The notes beneath the pieces were generated by a model. That model worked only from the letters and a program-made list of their open reading frames with translations, searched no databases and had not been told where the DNA came from. From assembly GCA_964372395.1 (NCBI GenBank), contig CAYJQV010000003.1:11124-75123 (forward strand): 64,000 bases of DNA, in the 5' to 3' direction. The position numbers were made by a program, and so were the translations under genes. Below are positions 18,160 through 28,307 of this stretch, one piece after another. Source of the stretch: an uncultured Planctomycetia bacterium. GTDB taxonomy: Bacteria > Omnitrophota > Gorgyraeia > 1-14-0-20-64-10. Numbering within the stretch: the first letter of the stretch is position 1; each line of letters starts with the position of its first letter.

Positions 18160-20801
18160 ACGAACCCGGGAAGAAACCGCTGAACATCGGCCAGAATTAC
18201 GAGCAGCAGTACGGCTTCCACACACCCGAGAAATACGCCTTCAAGTCCAAGAAGGGGCTCTCCCGGAAGACTGTGGAAGAGATCTCCGGGATGAAGTCGG
18301 AGCCGGACTGGATGAGGCAGTTTCGCCTCCGGGCCCTGGAGGTCTTCTTGAAGAAGCCCTTGCCGGCCTGGGCGGATCTGGAGCTGCTTCGCCGGATTGA
18401 TTTCGAGAACATCTACTACTACATCAAGCCGACGGAGAAGCAGGCGAAAACCTGGGAGGAGGTGCCCGGCGAGATCAAGGAGACCTTCGAGAAGCTGGGC
18501 ATCCCGGAGGCCGAGCGGAAGTTCCTCGCGGGCGTCACGGCCCAGATGGAGTCGGAGGTCGTTTACCACTCCATCCGGGAGGATCTCGAGAAGCAGGGGG
18601 TCATCTTCCTCGGGATGGACGACGGGCTGAGGAAGCACCCGGAGATCGTCAGGAAATATTTCGGGACGGTGATCCCGCTCATGGACAACAAGTTCGCCTC
18701 CTTGAACTCCGCCGTCTGGTCGGGCGGGTCGTTCATCTACGTCCCGAAGGGGGTGAAGGTGGCGATCCCGCTGCAGGCCTACTTCCGGATCAACGCCGAG
18801 AACATGGGGCAGTTCGAGCGGACCCTCATCATCGCCGACGAAGGCTCCAGCGTCCATTACGTCGAGGGCTGTACTGCCCCCTCATATTCGTCTAACAGCC
18901 TCCACTCGGCGGTGGTGGAGCTGGTGGCGTTGCCCCATGCGCACATCCGTTACACGACGATCCAGAACTGGTCCAAGAATGTCTACAACCTGGTGACCAA
19001 GCGGGCCATCGCGCATGAAAACTCCATCGTGGAGTGGCTCGATGGGAACTTGGGCTGCATCCGGGCCGGCGAGCTTGTGTATGCGGAGAACGGTCCGAAG
19101 CCGATTGAGAAGATTGAGCCGGGAACTCGCGTGTGGAGCTTCGATGAGCCGAAGCAGCAGTGGGTGATGCGTCCTGTTGTTGCCGTAAAAAACAGCGGCC
19201 TACAGAAAGTGTACGAAGCCGTTTTCTCGAATGGCCGGACCCTTCATCTTACGGAGAACCATCCGCTCCTTGCCGTCCATCACGATGCTTCACGCCCCTC
19301 CAAGCTGGGGCGGTATTCCCTGCAGTGGACCCCTCTTCAGCGACTCTCTGCCGGAGACCTCGTCGTTTTCCCGACGAAGCTCCCGACGGAAAGCTCGGGA
19401 CACAGGTTCGAGCGACCCCGGTTGAGAGATACGTTCACTGGCCGCAATCAGTACGGCGCACGCTATGAAGTCGCCTCGCATGCGCGTTTGCGTCTTAACT
19501 TGCCTGAGCGCGCGAACGAAGAGACCTGCTGGATGCTTGGCCTCTGGATAGCCGACGGAGACTACACCATCGCGAACGGGGCAGATGGAGGGCCGCGCTA
19601 CGGACGCGTCGGCTGGTCCGTCCCGAGAAAGGACCGCGCCCGAAAGCGCCTGGTGAGGATGCTGAAACAGTGCTCCGGGAATTACCGTGTTGAAGAGCGC
19701 CGGGACGGCCATTACTTCCGCATCAACTCCCCGGAACTTGCCCTGTGGCTACAAGTCAACGGGCTGTTCAACGGCACGAGGGAGAAGAGGGTGCCTCATT
19801 GGGTTTTTGCCTTGCCCACCTCGATGCAACGGTCGTTCCTGGCAGGGTATCTGGATGGGGATGGCTGCCCAAAGGGACCCGGCCTATCCGCCAGGTCGGC
19901 TAACCGCAGTCTGCTGTCCGATGTTCAAATGCTCGCAACGTCGTGCGGCATACACGCATCGGCCATCTACACAGATGAAACCACTCTGGATATTAACGGG
20001 GCGGGTAAAGCCAAGACTTACATCGGACACCGCTTGGACTTGTCTCGTGTCCGTGCCCTGCGGCCTTATCTGAGCCCTGGATTTCGTGCGCGGATGAAGA
20101 CGGCGAAATTAGATCGCAACTTCCAGCGGCCGTCAGGAATGCGGGCGACTCGCTTACTGCATGAAGACGTGGGCGTTGCCCGAATCACCGCAATCCGGCC
20201 ATCCGGAGTCGCTCCCACTTACGACTTGGAGATCGACGGTACATCCTCTTTTGTGGTGAACGGCATTCTCGTGCACAACAGCAAACTCACCATGAAGTAC
20301 CCCGCGGTCCATCTGGTGGGGCCGAAGGCGCGCGGGGAGGTGGTCTCCGTCGCCTTCGCCGGAAACGGCCAGCATCAGGATGCCGGGGCGAAGATGATCC
20401 ACTCCGCTCCGGAGACGAGCTCCACGATCCTCTCCAAGTCCATCTCCAAGGACGGGGGGCGGACGAGCTACCGGGGGCTGGTCAAGGTCTACCCGCAGGC
20501 GGAGAACGTCAGGTCGTCCGTGCGCTGCGATGCCCTGCTCATGGATGAGCAGTCGAGGTCGGACACCTACCCGACCATGGAGATCGACGCCAAGAGGGTC
20601 CAGATCGGCCATGAGGCGACGGTCAGCAAGGTGGGAGAGGAGCAGCTCTTCTACCTGATGAGCCGGGGCCTGAAGGAGCAGGAGGCCACCACGATGATCG
20701 TCAACGGATTCTTCGAGGCCTTCACCAAGGAGCTGCCGCTGGAATACGCGGTGGAGCTGAACCGGCTGATCCAGCTCGAGATGGAGGGATCGGTAGGGTG
20801 A
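18156..20801 (+). CDS. sufB: Fe-S cluster assembly protein SufB, interrupted by an in-frame intein (extein ~473 aa)
   Basis: The 881-aa ORF is SufB-like N-terminally (to ...[10 protein letters not shown]) and C-terminally (from [24 protein letters not shown]...), with a 408-aa insertion between. Confidence 0.95.
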   Translation: MNEPGKKPLNIGQNYEQQYGFHTPEKYAFKSKKGLSRKTVEEISGMKSEPDWMRQFRLRALEVFLKKPLPAWADLELLRRIDFENIYYYIKPTEKQAKTWEEVPGEIKETFEKLGIPEAERKFLAGVTAQMESEVVYHSIREDLEKQGVIFLGMDDGLRKHPEIVRKYFGTVIPLMDNKFASLNSAVWSGGSFIYVPKGVKVAIPLQAYFRINAENMGQFERTLIIADEGSSVHYVEGCTAPSYSSNSLHSAVVELVALPHAHIRYTTIQNWSKNVYNLVTKRAIAHENSIVEWLDGNLGCIRAGELVYAENGPKPIEKIEPGTRVWSFDEPKQQWVMRPVVAVKNSGLQKVYEAVFSNGRTLHLTENHPLLAVHHDASRPSKLGRYSLQWTPLQRLSAGDLVVFPTKLPTESSGHRFERPRLRDTFTGRNQYGARYEVASHARLRLNLPERANEETCWMLGLWIADGDYTIANGADGGPRYGRVGWSVPRKDRARKRLVRMLKQCSGNYRVEERRDGHYFRINSPELALWLQVNGLFNGTREKRVPHWVFALPTSMQRSFLAGYLDGDGCPKGPGLSARSANRSLLSDVQMLATSCGIHASAIYTDETTLDINGAGKAKTYIGHRLDLSRVRALRPYLSPGFRARMKTAKLDRNFQRPSGMRATRLLHEDVGVARITAIRPSGVAPTYDLEIDGTSSFVVNGILVHNSKLTMKYPAVHLVGPKARGEVVSVAFAGNGQHQDAGAKMIHSAPETSSTILSKSISKDGGRTSYRGLVKVYPQAENVRSSVRCDALLMDEQSRSDTYPTMEIDAKRVQIGHEATVSKVGEEQLFYLMSRGLKEQEATTMIVNGFFEAFTKELPLEYAVELNRLIQLEMEGSVG
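19056..20279 (+). mobile_element. SufB intein with LAGLIDADG homing-endonuclease domain
   Basis: The insertion begins with Cys (CIRAGELV, block A) and has block B TxxH (LTENHPLL) and two LAGLIDADG motifs ([11 protein letters not shown] and [10 protein letters not shown]). It ends ...VVNGILVHN followed by Ser (+1 nucleophile). Removing it restores a canonical-length SufB. Confidence 0.85.
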
Positions 20802-22042
20802 TGACGCTGACCCCGGAACCTTCCGTTCGGCTGAGCGACCTGCGCCGGGCCGCCAGGGAAAGATTTGATTCCATTCCCTGGCCGACGCGGACCGACGAAG
20901 AGTGGCGGCGGACCGACCCGGCCTCCCTGCCCTTGAAGGAGCTGGGTCTGCAGGCGGCGGATTCGGCCCTGAACGTCGGCTGGGAGCCCCTGCCGACCGC
21001 CTGGGCGCAGGCCGGCGTGATCGTAACCGACCTGGCCAGCGCGCGCCAGAAGCATCCCGAGCTCCTGGAGCAGTACCTCTTCCAGAGCGGCCGGACCGAA
21101 GGGCTTGCGAAGTTCGTCGCCCTTCACCAGGCCCTCTCGCAGCAGGGGCTCTTCTGCCATGTGCCCGAGGGGGTGCGGCTCGATTCGCCTCTCAAGCTCT
21201 GGATGGAGCCGCGCGGGGATGGGGCAACGCTCTTCCCCCACCTCCTGCTGGTGCTCGGCCGCCGGGCGAGCGCGGTGGTGATTGACGAGCGCCGGGGCCC
21301 GGCGGGAGGCAGGGGCCCTTCCGGAGGGAACGGGGGGGCACCCCTCTTCTCAGACGAGATGGCGGAGATCTTCCTGGGGCCGGAGGCGGAGCTCCAGTAC
21401 ATTCACCTGCAGCGCTGGGGCCGGCAGGTCACCGAGGTTTTCACCCAACGGGCCCTGCTGGAGGGAGAGTCGCAGCTCGTCAGTGTCACCATCGGCCTGG
21501 GGGGAAAACTGACCAAGGCCAACGTCGAGACGGTGCTGCAGGGGCCGGCCGCCCGGTCCGAGCTGCTGGGCGTCCTGTCCGGATCGGACGATCAGCACTA
21601 CGACTTTCATACCCTCCAGGACCACCGCGCGACCGCCACCTGGAGCAACCTGCTCTACAAGAGCGCCTTGAGCGGCGAGGCGAAGGCGATCTACACCGGC
21701 CTCATCCGGATCGCCAAGCAGGCGCAGAAGTCGGACGCCTACCAGGCGAACCGCAGCCTGCTCCTCAGCCAGGGGGCGAGCGCCGACTCGATCCCGATGC
21801 TGGAGATCGAGGCGGATGATGTGCGCTGCACGCACGGCGTCGCGGTGGGCCCGGTGGATGAGGAGCAGCTTTTTTATCTGATGAGCCGGGGGCTGGAGGC
21901 CGCGCAGGCCGAGCGGCTCATCGTGGAGGGATTCTTTGAACCGGTCTTCCGGCGTCTGCCCTCGGAGAATCTGCGCCGGGGGCTGATGGCCGAGGTCATG
22001 AGGCAACTGACAGGGGGTGGAGATGATCACGTTGACGGATAA
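20798..22042 (+). CDS. sufD: Fe-S cluster assembly protein SufD
   Basis: 414-aa SufB/SufD-family beta-helix protein following sufB with an ATGA overlap. The C-terminal ...[22 protein letters not shown]... is typical of the SufBD family. Confidence 0.9.
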   Translation: MMTLTPEPSVRLSDLRRAARERFDSIPWPTRTDEEWRRTDPASLPLKELGLQAADSALNVGWEPLPTAWAQAGVIVTDLASARQKHPELLEQYLFQSGRTEGLAKFVALHQALSQQGLFCHVPEGVRLDSPLKLWMEPRGDGATLFPHLLLVLGRRASAVVIDERRGPAGGRGPSGGNGGAPLFSDEMAEIFLGPEAELQYIHLQRWGRQVTEVFTQRALLEGESQLVSVTIGLGGKLTKANVETVLQGPAARSELLGVLSGSDDQHYDFHTLQDHRATATWSNLLYKSALSGEAKAIYTGLIRIAKQAQKSDAYQANRSLLLSQGASADSIPMLEIEADDVRCTHGVAVGPVDEEQLFYLMSRGLEAAQAERLIVEGFFEPVFRRLPSENLRRGLMAEVMRQLTGGGDDHVDG

Positions 22043-22346
22043 GGCGGCGGACAAGGTGCGTTCCCTGCAGCGGCAGGAGTCCAAGGAGGGATACGCCCTG
22101 CGGCTGCGCGTGGTGGGCGGCGGCTGCTCGGGCTATTCCTACAGCATGGACTTCGAGCAGAACCCCGGGCAGGGGGATCTGACGTTCGAGGATCATGGGG
22201 TGAAGATCCTCGTGGATCCGAAGTCCCTCGCCATGATCGACAACAGCCAGGTGGACTGGGTGGACGGGATGACGGGGGCCGGCTTCACCCTGCAGAATCC
22301 CAACGCCAAGGGGACCTGCGGCTGCGGGCACTCCTTCACCGTCTGA
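22017..22346 (+). CDS. A-type Fe-S carrier (SufA/IscA/ErpA family)
   Basis: ...GYALRLRVVGGGCSGYSYSMDF... and the C-terminal CGCGHSF motif with three conserved Cys. Confidence 0.85.
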   Translation: MEMITLTDKAADKVRSLQRQESKEGYALRLRVVGGGCSGYSYSMDFEQNPGQGDLTFEDHGVKILVDPKSLAMIDNSQVDWVDGMTGAGFTLQNPNAKGTCGCGHSFTV

Positions 22347-22414
22347 CGGACTTGGTCATCCCCGCGCTGACGGACTTGGTCATCCCCGCGCTGACGGACT
22401 TGGTCATCCCCGCG
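22344..22414. repeat. 24-bp tandem direct repeat x3 starting at the A-type carrier stop codon (TGACGGACTTGGTCATCCCCGCGC), ending in GC hairpins
   Basis: Units sit at about 22344-22367, 22368-22391 and 22392-22414. The last unit runs into the hairpin CCCCGCG-aaa-GCGGGG and then GGGAG-cgga-CTCCC. Confidence 0.75.
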
Positions 22415-22463
22415 AAAGCGGGGAGCGGACTCCCCCCTTGCGGCGGAATGACGAAATGGGCCT

Positions 22464-23705
22464 TTGATGCTTGACGTTGAGCGGGTAAGAGAGGATTTCC
22501 CGATCCTGCGCCGGACGGTGCGGGGCCATCCCCTCGTCTACCTGGACAACGCGGCCACCTCGCAGAAGCCCCGCGCCGTTTTGGAGGCGCTGGTGGAGTT
22601 CTATTCCCGGACCAACGCCAACATCCACCGGGGGATTCACACCCTGAGCGAGGAGGCGACCGCCCTCTATGAGGGAACCCGCCAGAGGGTCGCCCACTTC
22701 ATCGGGGCGCAGAAAGCCCGGACGATCATCTTCACGCGCAACGCCACCGAGGCGATCAACCTGGTCAGCCATGCCTGGGGGCTCTCGCGCATCGGAGCGG
22801 GAGAGGAGATCCTCCTGACGGAGATGGAGCACCACTCGAACCTCGTCCCCTGGCAGCTGCTGGCCCAGGCCCGGGGCGCAACCTTGAGGTTCATCCCGGT
22901 GCGAGGCGACGGCCACCTGGCTCTGGAGGAGCTTCCGCGCCTCCTGGGAGAGAAGACGCGCCTCGTGGCCATGACCCTCATGTCGAATGTGCTGGGAACG
23001 ATCAACCCCGTCGACGTGGTCATCCGGGCAGCGCACGCCCGGGGGATCCCGGTCCTGGTGGACGGCGCCCAGGGGGTTCCTCACCTGCCCGTGCGGGTGG
23101 AGGAGCTGGGGTGCGATTTCCTTGCCTTCTCCGCCCACAAGATGCTGGGGCCCACCGGCGTCGGCGTCCTCTACGCGAAGGAGCATCTCCTCGAGGAGAT
23201 GGAGCCGTTCCTCGGAGGCGGGGACATGATCCGGGACGTCTGGCTCGATCACGCGGTCTGGAACGACCTGCCCTGGAAATTCGAGGCGGGAACCCCGAAC
23301 ATCGCCGATGTGATCGCCTTCGGCAAGGCGCTCGAGTACCTGGAGCGGCTCGGCATGGCGGACGTCCGGCTGCACGAGCAGGGGCTGGCCGGCTACGCCC
23401 TCGAGCGCCTGCAAGAGGTGGAGGGATTGAAGATCCACGGGCCCAGCGACCCCAAGGCGCGGGGCGGGGTGATCTCCTTTGAGCTGGGCGGCCTTCATCC
23501 GCATGACCTGGGGCAGATCCTGGACGAGGATGGGATCGCGATCCGGGCCGGGCACCACTGCTGCAAGCCGCTCATGCGCAAGCTGGGGGTCGTGGCCACG
23601 GCCCGAGCGAGCTTCTACATCTACAACACCCGGGAGGAGCTGGACGCCCTGGTCCAGGGAATCCGGAAGGCCAAGGAGGTTTTCGCCGTTGCCTCTCAGC
23701 GATGA
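22464..23705 (+). CDS. sufS: cysteine desulfurase SufS
   Basis: Class V aminotransferase fold with the PLP lysine in SAHKMLGPTG and catalytic Cys in ...RAGHHCCKPL.... Confidence 0.9.
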   Translation: MMLDVERVREDFPILRRTVRGHPLVYLDNAATSQKPRAVLEALVEFYSRTNANIHRGIHTLSEEATALYEGTRQRVAHFIGAQKARTIIFTRNATEAINLVSHAWGLSRIGAGEEILLTEMEHHSNLVPWQLLAQARGATLRFIPVRGDGHLALEELPRLLGEKTRLVAMTLMSNVLGTINPVDVVIRAAHARGIPVLVDGAQGVPHLPVRVEELGCDFLAFSAHKMLGPTGVGVLYAKEHLLEEMEPFLGGGDMIRDVWLDHAVWNDLPWKFEAGTPNIADVIAFGKALEYLERLGMADVRLHEQGLAGYALERLQEVEGLKIHGPSDPKARGGVISFELGGLHPHDLGQILDEDGIAIRAGHHCCKPLMRKLGVVATARASFYIYNTREELDALVQGIRKAKEVFAVASQR

Positions 23706-24561
23706 CCTCTACCGGGAGATCATCCTCGAGCACTTCAGGAGCCCGAGGAACGCCGGCCGGCTGGAAAACCCGAGCCTGACCTCGCAGGGGGCAAATCCAT
23801 TCTGCGGGGATGAGATGGAGCTCACCGTCACCCTGGACACGGACCGGATCCAGGAGATCCGGATCCAGGCCCGCGGCTGCTCGATCTCGCAGGCGTCGGC
23901 CTCCATGATGTCGGAAGCGGTCAAGGGCAAACCGATCCGCCTCGCCGAGGAGCTGGCCCGGCAGTTCAAGGCCACCATGCTGGAAGGGGCGCCCGTTGGA
24001 AACGGCCCCGAATGGGAGGAGCTGCAGGCGCTGGAGGGGGTCAGGAAATATCCGGTCCGGATCAAATGCGCCCTCCTCTGCTGGAACACCCTCCTGGAGG
24101 GAATCGGGGCGTTCCGAAAGGGAGAGAGGAAGGCCGTCCACACGGAGATCGGGGAGCCGGACGCGGAGCCGGCAGCGCAACCGGCGGATCCGGCCGCTTC
24201 AGCGCAGGGCCCATCGCCCGCCGGTCCGCAGGCCTCCTCGCCCGCCGACCCGCCCGACGGCTCGCCGGAGGAGCAGGTGCTCGCCGCCCTCAAGAGGGTC
24301 ATTGACCCGGAGCTCAATCTGAACATCGTGGACCTCGGCCTGGTCTATGCCACCGCGGTGAACGGCGGCAGCGTCCAGGTCACCTACACCCTGACCAGCC
24401 CCGGCTGCCCGCTGGGCCCGGTGATCAAGGGGCAGGTGCAGTCGGCCCTGTCCAAGCTGCCCTGGGTCAAGGAGGTTCACACCGAGCTTGTCTGGCAGCC
24501 ACCCTGGGATCCCAGGACGATGGCCTCCGAGGAGATCAAGACGGAGCTGGGGATATGGTGA
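23690..24561 (+). CDS. SufU/NifU-like scaffold fused to C-terminal DUF59 (SufT/MIP18-like) domain
   Basis: Probable TTG start with AAGGAGG 9 nt upstream, overlapping the sufS 3' end. The N-terminus is SufU-like (LYREIILEHFRSPRN...PFCGDEM...GCSISQASASMM). A Pro/Ala-rich linker follows, then DUF59 (ALKRVIDPELNLNIVDLGLVY...TSPGCPLG). Confidence 0.7.
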
Positions 24562-25547
24562 AGGAAACCACGATAACGCGTCCTGAGGTGTCATTCCCGC
24601 CCTCGGTCGGGGCCGAGGGTAGACTCCCGCGGGAATCCGATCCGCGCCTGCGCGGGGATGACCTCCTCAGCCGGATCGGGGAGACCCCGCTCATCCCGCT
24701 GGTGAAGGTCGGCCGGGAATTCCCCGGTGTGGAACTTCTGGTCAAGGCGGAGTGGTTCAACCCGGGCGGCTCGGTGAAGGACCGCGCCGCGGCCAGCATC
24801 ATCGCGGAAGCGGAACGGACCGGCCAGCTTCACCGAGGGCGGATTCTCCTCGATGCCACCTCCGGAAACACCGGGATCGCCTACGCGATGATCGGGGCGG
24901 CCAAGGGTTATCGCGTGAAGCTCTGCGTGCCGGCCAACGCCGGCCGGCAGGTCCTTCAGACCATCCGGGCGTTCGGAGCGGAACTGGTTCTCACCAGCCC
25001 CCTGGAGGGATCGGACGGCGCCATCCGGGAGGCGCAGCGCCTGGCCGCGCTGGATCAGGCAACCCACTTCTACGCCAACCAGTACGGCAACCCGGCCAAC
25101 TGGCAGGCCCACTACCGGACCACCGGCCCGGAGATCTGGGAACAGAGCCGGGGCGAGGTGACGCACCTCGTGGCCGGCCTGGGTACCAGCGGCACCTTCG
25201 TGGGCGTCGGCCGGTTCCTGAAGGAGCGGAACCCGGCGATCCGGCTCGTCTCCGTCCAGCCGGACTCATCCCTGCACGGGCTGGAGGGCCTGAAGCACAT
25301 GCCGACCTCCATCGTGCCGGGAATCTACGATGCCGCCCTCGCCGATCAAAACCTGGAGATCGACACCGAAGAGGCCTACCGGCTGGTGAAGCGGTTGGCC
25401 GCGGAGGAGGGGCTGCTGGTGGGGATCTCCTCGGGGGCGGCCGTGGCGGCCGGCCTGCGGCTTGCGTCGGAGCTCAAGCAGGGGTCCATCGTCATGATCT
25501 TTCCGGACGGAGGCTCCCGGTACCTCGATGAGCCCTTCTGGAGATAA
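24555..25547 (+). CDS. PLP-dependent cysteine synthase (CysK/CysM family)
   Basis: IGETPLIPL..., PLP Lys in SVKDRAA, TSGNTGIA, GTSGT. There is an N-terminal extension of about 35 aa before the conserved core. Confidence 0.85.
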   Translation: MVKETTITRPEVSFPPSVGAEGRLPRESDPRLRGDDLLSRIGETPLIPLVKVGREFPGVELLVKAEWFNPGGSVKDRAAASIIAEAERTGQLHRGRILLDATSGNTGIAYAMIGAAKGYRVKLCVPANAGRQVLQTIRAFGAELVLTSPLEGSDGAIREAQRLAALDQATHFYANQYGNPANWQAHYRTTGPEIWEQSRGEVTHLVAGLGTSGTFVGVGRFLKERNPAIRLVSVQPDSSLHGLEGLKHMPTSIVPGIYDAALADQNLEIDTEEAYRLVKRLAAEEGLLVGISSGAAVAAGLRLASELKQGSIVMIFPDGGSRYLDEPFWR

Positions 25548-26724
25548 CGCCGCCGCGGGCTCCGGCCCTCTGCCGGACCTCTCCAACGAAGAGATCCGGC
25601 GGTACAGCCGGCACCTCATCATGCCGGAGGTCGGCGTCCAGGGCCAGAAAAAGCTCAAAGCCGCCTCGGTCCTCCTGGTGGGAACCGGCGGGCTGGGCTC
25701 GCCCCTCGGCCTCTACCTGGCCTCCGCCGGAATCGGGCGGATCGGCCTCGCCGACTTTGATGTCGTGGAGATCACCAACCTCCAGCGGCAAATCCTGTTC
25801 ACCCAGGCGGACGTCGGCCGCCCGAAGCTGGAGGCGGCCAAGGAGCGGTTGAAGGCGATGAACCCGCACGTGGAGCTCGTGACCCACGAGGCGCGGCTCT
25901 CCAGCGACAACGCCATGGAGATCCTGCGCGGGTACGACGTGGTGGTGGACGGGACGGACAACTTCCCCACCCGCTACCTGGTCAACGACGCCTGCGTCCT
26001 CTTGGGGACACCGAACGTCTACGGATCCATCTTCCGCTTTGAAGGGCAGGCCTCCGTGTTCGATGCCGCGAAAGGCCCCTGCTACCGCTGCCTCTATCCC
26101 GAGCCGCCGCCGCCCGGGCTGGTCCCCTCCTGCGCCGAGGGAGGGGTGCTGGGCATTCTCCCGGGCATCATCGGCACGATCCAGGCAACGGAGACGATCA
26201 AGCTCATCCTCGGAAGCGGGGAGCCGCTCATCGGCCGGCTGCTCCTCTTCAACGCGCTGAGGATGCGTTTCCGGGAGCTCAAGCTCCGGAAGAATCCCGC
26301 CTGCCCCCTGTGCGGCACGAACCGGACCATCCAGAAGCTCATCGACTATGAGGAGTTCTGCGGGCTGCGGCGGGGCGAGGAGGGCCCCGCCCCGGCCGCC
26401 GCCGAGGGCTGGGAGATCACGCCGGAGGAGCTCAGATCCCTGCTGGATGCCAAGCGCCCGGTCCGCGTCGTGGACGTCCGGGAGACTCACGAATGGGAGA
26501 TCTGCCATATGGCCGGAGCGAAACTCGTTCCCTTGAGCGAGTTCGTTCAGCGGATCGGCGAATTCGATTCCGCCGAGGAGATGGTCCTCCACTGCCACCA
26601 CGGCACGCGCAGCATGAAGGCGCTGGAACTCCTGCGCGCGGCCGGCTTCCGGAAGATCAAGTCCCTTAGGGGTGGCATCGACGCCTGGGCCGAGAAGGTC
26701 GACCCCGGCATGGCGCGGTACTAA
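25528..26724 (+). CDS. moeZ: MoeZ/MoeB-type adenylyltransferase with C-terminal rhodanese domain
   Basis: ThiF fold (YSRHLIMPEVGVQGQKKL...VGTGGLGSP), CxxC pairs (CYRC...CPLC), rhodanese with active Cys (HCHHGTRS). Confidence 0.9.
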   Translation: MSPSGDNAAAGSGPLPDLSNEEIRRYSRHLIMPEVGVQGQKKLKAASVLLVGTGGLGSPLGLYLASAGIGRIGLADFDVVEITNLQRQILFTQADVGRPKLEAAKERLKAMNPHVELVTHEARLSSDNAMEILRGYDVVVDGTDNFPTRYLVNDACVLLGTPNVYGSIFRFEGQASVFDAAKGPCYRCLYPEPPPPGLVPSCAEGGVLGILPGIIGTIQATETIKLILGSGEPLIGRLLLFNALRMRFRELKLRKNPACPLCGTNRTIQKLIDYEEFCGLRRGEEGPAPAAAEGWEITPEELRSLLDAKRPVRVVDVRETHEWEICHMAGAKLVPLSEFVQRIGEFDSAEEMVLHCHHGTRSMKALELLRAAGFRKIKSLRGGIDAWAEKVDPGMARY

Positions 26725-26741
26725 GAGCCGGGCCCAGCCCA

Positions 26742-27022
26742 TGACTCAGCGGCTCACGGATGCACAGGTTGAGGAGGGCTTAAAGCGGTTCCCCGGCTGG
26801 GAGCTGAAGGACGGGGAGATTACCCGGCTCTACAAGTTCACCGACTTCAGGGCCGCACTCGCCTTCGTGAATCGCGCAGGAGAGCTCGCCGAGGCGGCCG
26901 ACCACCACCCCGACATCGACATCCGCTACAACAAGGTGCGGCTGACCCTCTCCACCCACTCCGCCGGCGGCCTCACCGAGAAGGATTTTTCCCTCGCCGG
27001 CCGGATCGACGCTCAGCCCTGA
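26742..27022 (+). CDS. pterin-4a-carbinolamine dehydratase
   Basis: 93-aa PCD/DCoH fold (...EADHHPDIDIRYNKVRLTLSTH...). Confidence 0.8.
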
Positions 27023-27957
27023 GGGGCCTGCTTCCCCGGGGCGCCCCGCCGCTTCACCGTCAGCGAGATCACAACCGAAGTCGCCAGAACCGCCCCGATC
27101 ACCGCGAGCGAAATCCCGATCGGGATGTGGACCCAGTGGTGGACCAGCATCTTAGCCCCCACGAAGACGAGGATCCCCGCCAGCCCGTACCTCAGATAGG
27201 CGAACCGGACCATCGCCCCCGCCAGGACGAAATAGAGCGCCCGCAGGCCCAGGATGGCGAAGACGTTCGATGTGTAGACGATGAAGGGGTCCTTCGACAC
27301 CGCCAGCACCGCCGGCACCGAGTCGGTCGCGAAGATGACATCGGTGAGCTCCACGACCAGCAGGGCGATGAAAAGGGGCGTCGCGAAGAGTCTCCCCCTT
27401 TCACGGACGAAAAAAGCCTGACCCCGGAAGCCGGCCGTCACCGGCACGATCTCGCGGAAGAAGCGAACGACAGGGTTTTTCTCCGGATGGACCTCCGTCT
27501 CCTCCCGCATAAACCGAAAGCCGGTAAGCACGAGGAAGGCCCCCAGCAGGTAGGTCACCCACTGGAACCGCTCGATCAGCGCCAAACCCGCCCAGATGAA
27601 GATCCCCCGCATGATGAGCGCCCCCAGGATCCCCCAGAAGAGGACCCGGTGCTGGTACGCGGCATCCACTGAGAAGTAGGCGAAGATCGCCACGAAGACA
27701 AAGATGTTGTCGACGCTCAGGGACTTCTCGATCAGGTATGCGGCCAGGAACTCCATCCCCTTCTGCGATCCGTACGCCCGGTAGACCCCGGCGTTGAAGA
27801 GGAGGGCGATGCCGATCCAGACCAGGCTCCAGATGACCGCCTCGCGCATCGACCCCGCATGCGCCTTCCGGTGAAAGACGCCCAGATCGATCGCAAGCAT
27901 CCCCAGCACGAGAACCGAGAAGATCGTCCAGGCGACGGGTGAATGGACAGGCGGCAT
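27013..27957 (-). CDS. TerC-family integral membrane protein
   Basis: MPPVHSPVAWTIFSVLVLGMLAIDLGVFHRKAH...LSVDNIFVF...LTDVIFATDSVPAVLAVS... is the TerC family. I place the start at about 27955-27957. Confidence 0.8.
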   Translation of the reverse strand: MPPVHSPVAWTIFSVLVLGMLAIDLGVFHRKAHAGSMREAVIWSLVWIGIALLFNAGVYRAYGSQKGMEFLAAYLIEKSLSVDNIFVFVAIFAYFSVDAAYQHRVLFWGILGALIMRGIFIWAGLALIERFQWVTYLLGAFLVLTGFRFMREETEVHPEKNPVVRFFREIVPVTAGFRGQAFFVRERGRLFATPLFIALLVVELTDVIFATDSVPAVLAVSKDPFIVYTSNVFAILGLRALYFVLAGAMVRFAYLRYGLAGILVFVGAKMLVHHWVHIPIGISLAVIGAVLATSVVISLTVKRRGAPGKQAPQG

Positions 27958-27965
27958 CGGGGACG

Positions 27966-28288
27966 TCAGCCCTCGGTGAACTCTTGCGGCCGGCAGGCCT
28001 CGCAGGGACAGAGGGAGCGCAAGTACTCGTGCGAGAAGATGCCTGTGGTGTGCCCGTCGCTCCAGCGGATGTGGAGCGCATACCGCCCGACCGGGCTTAT
28101 CTCCAGCGGGCGCACATTCGGGTGGGCGATCGGCAGCCCTCCCTGCCTGCATGCGGCGCAGGGGCAGGCGCCCCGGAGCAGCTCCCACGGGTAGAGACTC
28201 TCATGCCCGTCGCCCCAGCGGATGCGAAGGAGGGTCTCTCCCACCCTCTCAATCTGCTGCGGCTCCGTGGCACCCGATTCCGGCATGG
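27966..28288 (-). CDS. DUF971-family small protein (two CPC(A/E)AC repeats)
   Basis: ...LRIRWGDGHESLYPWELLRGACPCAAC... and ...LHIRWSDGHTTGIFSHEYLRSLCPCEAC.... It lies 8 nt upstream of terC on the same strand. Confidence 0.65.
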
Positions 28289-28307
28289 TAAAATCGCCTC
28301 CGTGAAC

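Noticed and set aside
22344-22414. Possibility that the tandem repeats (22344-22414) or the 15-mer arrays (50843-50900) are CRISPR arrays
   Set aside because: The units are 15-24 bp with no unique spacers between them and no cas genes adjacent. These are simple tandem repeats.
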